Origin: Torpedo marmorata
Taxonomy: Eukaryota
Direction: 5' to 3'
Assembly (NCBI GenBank): GCA_977017645.1
Contig: OZ360220.1
Location: 99,572,001-99,636,000, forward strand
Length of the DNA stretch: 64,000 bases
Part shown: in pieces, positions 61,323 to 64,000 of the stretch
Position numbering within the stretch: position 1 is the first letter of the stretch
Layout: the number at the start of each line of letters is the position of its first letter
Notes under the pieces: generated by a model
What the model saw: the letters and a program-made list of their open reading frames with translations, nothing else
Told to the model about the DNA's origin: nothing
Databases searched by the model: none
Program-made: the position numbers and the translations under genes

Positions 61323-61763
61323 GCTTTAAGGACTAGATGTTGCCCCTCCCTCTGTCTCCCCCACACCCAAGTACCCTTCGCCTCCAGCCCACTGCTCCTT
61401 CCTCTCTGTCTTCCACAACCTCAGCTTTTCTCCTTCAAAGCTCCCCTGAAACCTCCTCTTTCTCTATTCCTTAAGCTTTCCCCATTTCAGAAACATTGCC
61501 TCATTCCTATTCTGGCCAGCCGATAGTTCTGCCAGTTTCCCTGAAGGTAAAAAAAAACATTTAATACACCTTTCCACCTGTTCTCTGTTGGATTGGGTCT
61601 GTGACCAGTTTGGTGTTTGATTCCGTTCAGCCTGTTGTATTTTCTGCAGCCTTCTCTATTTCAGCTAGGGGCTCACTTCCTCCAGTGCGAGTCCAATGCA
61701 CTGGGGACGTGAAGTCAAGGTGTCCGGCACGACCTGTACTGAACCAGTGAAATGTCGTTGCAG

Positions 61764-61836
61764 ATCACATTACCCGGGACAGATTGGAGCGTATCATCGC
61801 TGTGATCCAGGGGAGCCACCAGAAAGCTCTGATAAT
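61764..61836 (+). CDS. TRUB2: TRUB2 exon 6
   Basis: DHITRDRLERIIAVIQGSHQKALIM; 73 nt, phase 1-2. Confidence 0.92.
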
Positions 61837-62543
61837 GTATGTATCTGGGAAGCTCAGGTGATGGTGCACTCCTGGAGTGCAGAGACACGGAGGAGGAAAC
61901 GGGACAGACAATAGCATTGTAAATCACAGATCAGGAGTCCATTCGGCCTATTGTGCACATGCTGTTTTATTTTGAAAGCGTGACTGAATTTTACTCATTG
62001 CCCTGTACATTTTTTTTTTACCTTTCATGTTTATATCTTATTTTATTTGAATTTACTGCCCTTTAAGGAAGTGAACAGAGAACTGCAGTTATCAATGAAA
62101 GCATGTGCTTCTGACCCATTTGTGGAGGGATGGTGAAGCAGCTGAAAAGGGCTGGGCCCAGGACCCTTCTCTGAGGAGCTCCTGCTGGGATGTCCAGAAC
62201 CTGGGATAACTGACTTCCAACAACCAGAATCATCTTTTTGTTCTGGGTATGAGGAGAGGGTTCTCATCTTTCACTACACTACCGTGTTCAATTGGCTTTG
62301 ATTTTCTCTGGGTTCCTGATGCCTCACTTGGGCAGTTATACCTCTGGGGATTTGTATTTTTTGTCCACATGATGAGCTGATGTAGCACTATCTGCCGGTC
62401 CACAGTATCTGCTCAAGGTGTATTGTAAAAGAGCATGAATTCTGTTGAATTGCAACCATTCTCTCTCTTATTGATGTGAAATTCAAGCTTGTGAGGGGTT
62501 GTATGCATGGTGCTCTCTAACTGCTTGAACTCTCCTATCCTAG

Positions 62544-62680
62544 GTATTCTGGCATTGATTTGAAAAGTCAAGAGGCGTACGAGCTTGCCTGTCGGGGGAT
62601 GCTACGCCCACTACACAAATCCCCTCCCATCATCACTGGCATTCGATGTATAGAGCTGGCCCTTCCGAATTTCTTTCTAG
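62544..62680 (+). CDS. TRUB2: TRUB2 exon 7
   Basis: YSGIDLKSQEAYELACRGMLRPLHKSPPIITGIRCIELALPNFFL; 137 nt, phase 2-1. Confidence 0.93.
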
Positions 62681-63180
62681 GTACGTTGATAGAATTGTGG
62701 CAGTGAAAAGTGGATTGATTCACACCCTATCCCTACTCCATTCCCCATTCTGGACTTCTGGTTTGTGTGATGCCAAGAGCTTCCCCCTTCTGTGCTTGAG
62801 TGCTGGCACACTCATCTCTGATCTCGAGCTTAGTAAAGTGGAACTTTTAATCCAGCAGACTCTGACAGGCAGATTTTACAGACTGCGGTGTTACTAAAAC
62901 CCACTACAATTCACTGGTTCGGATGAAGTAGTGGTATACATTTTCCCTCTGAACCCAGTGAGTCAGATGCCGACCCCTCATGATCGCCAAACGATTTTAT
63001 TAGTATAATTAGTTCAGTTACTTTGTCAATGAATGCCTTTGCCCAACATCACCCAGTTATCTGTGTGTGATCCTGGCTGTGTTCACTCAGTGAGGGTGGC
63101 AGCCACGCCCAGCTCGAGTATTTGGCATTGCCCCTTCTGCCCAAGGATTCTCTAATTCTGAATTTTTCCCTTTCCCTCAG

Positions 63181-63500
63181 AGATCCAATGTGTGCATGAG
63201 ACCCAGCAGTACCTGCGCAAGATTGTCCACGAGATAGGTTTGGAGCTGAAATCTTCGGCAGTGTGTACCAGCGTGCGACGCACACGTGAAGGAGTTTTTT
63301 CACTGGACAATGCATTAATTAAAACAGAGTGGAATCTGCAGAATATATCCACTGCAGTTCGACACAGCCAGCCGAGAGTGGAAGCAGCACTTCTGGAGGA
63401 GCACTGGAGACGCACTGCCTTCTCGGGGGAAAGCATGTCCACTGGAGACCAAGCCAGAGGCCTAGGAAGGTGTCCAGTGGCCACAACAGCAGGAACCTGA
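63181..63500 (+). CDS. TRUB2: TRUB2 exon 8 (last coding exon)
   Basis: EIQCVHETQQYLRKIVHEIGLELKSSAVCTSVRRTREG...; the eight exons sum to 984 nt (327 aa plus stop). Confidence 0.93.
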
Positions 63501-64000
63501 CTTGCTGCACTGTGCTCATGTGGTTACAGCCCTCTGATTTCAGCTCCATGTTCAGTGAAGGGCAAACTTGTACACCCCATTATATATTTGTGTGAGCAGG
63601 AAATCCACATTAGAGACTGGTTCAAAATCAGTATGTTTCCTTTCATTTGAAGAAACTTCATCTTGTGATTTCGACCAATATTTTCTAAACCAAAGACATT
63701 GGTAAGCAGGTTGAAAAAAGTCGTGTTTATCAGATATTCCAAGAGATCATGGGCTGGATAGAGAGGATCTGTTTCCTTATGCTGTGGCTAATGGCTCCAG
63801 GACAACTCTAGCTTCTGACCCTTTTGTTGTGATATTATAAATGATAATATATTTATAATTATATTTATAATTTTACAAACCTCACTTCTGTAACTCACTT
63901 TTTACGTCCTCCTTGTGTGTTGAAGAGGGGGGGGCGGTAGAATCCCAATCTCTTCCCGCAGTGACTCTAAGTTTTGGTCCCATCGATTCTCATAGTAGAT

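Overview
Repeat-rich eukaryotic genomic DNA. The repeat families (HE1/V-type SINEs, CR1, Penelope-like elements, AT-rich L1) suggest a cartilaginous fish (inference). Two host genes lie on the + strand. The first is the 3' half of MAMDC4 (endotubin): 8 recognisable coding exons, 8495-44481, with two expected MAM exons not found and probably hidden in the 100-N gap at 23958-24057. The second is a complete 8-exon TRUB2 (47892-63500, 327 aa). The introns carry four L1 insertions with target-site duplications (one with a twin-priming inversion), a CsRn1-clade Gypsy LTR element nested in that L1 (itself inside a CR1), a Chapaev3 remnant, hAT MITEs, Rex1/Tx1/CR1 fragments, many Penelope pseudo-LTR pieces and several large minisatellites. 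The most notable hidden structure is a set of minimal hammerhead-ribozyme motifs in the Penelope pseudo-LTRs, with compensatory stem changes between copies and frequent fold-back arrangement. I see no clearly new protein-coding system; the long ORFs in tandem repeats are artefacts. All family assignments come from motif recognition by eye, not database searches.
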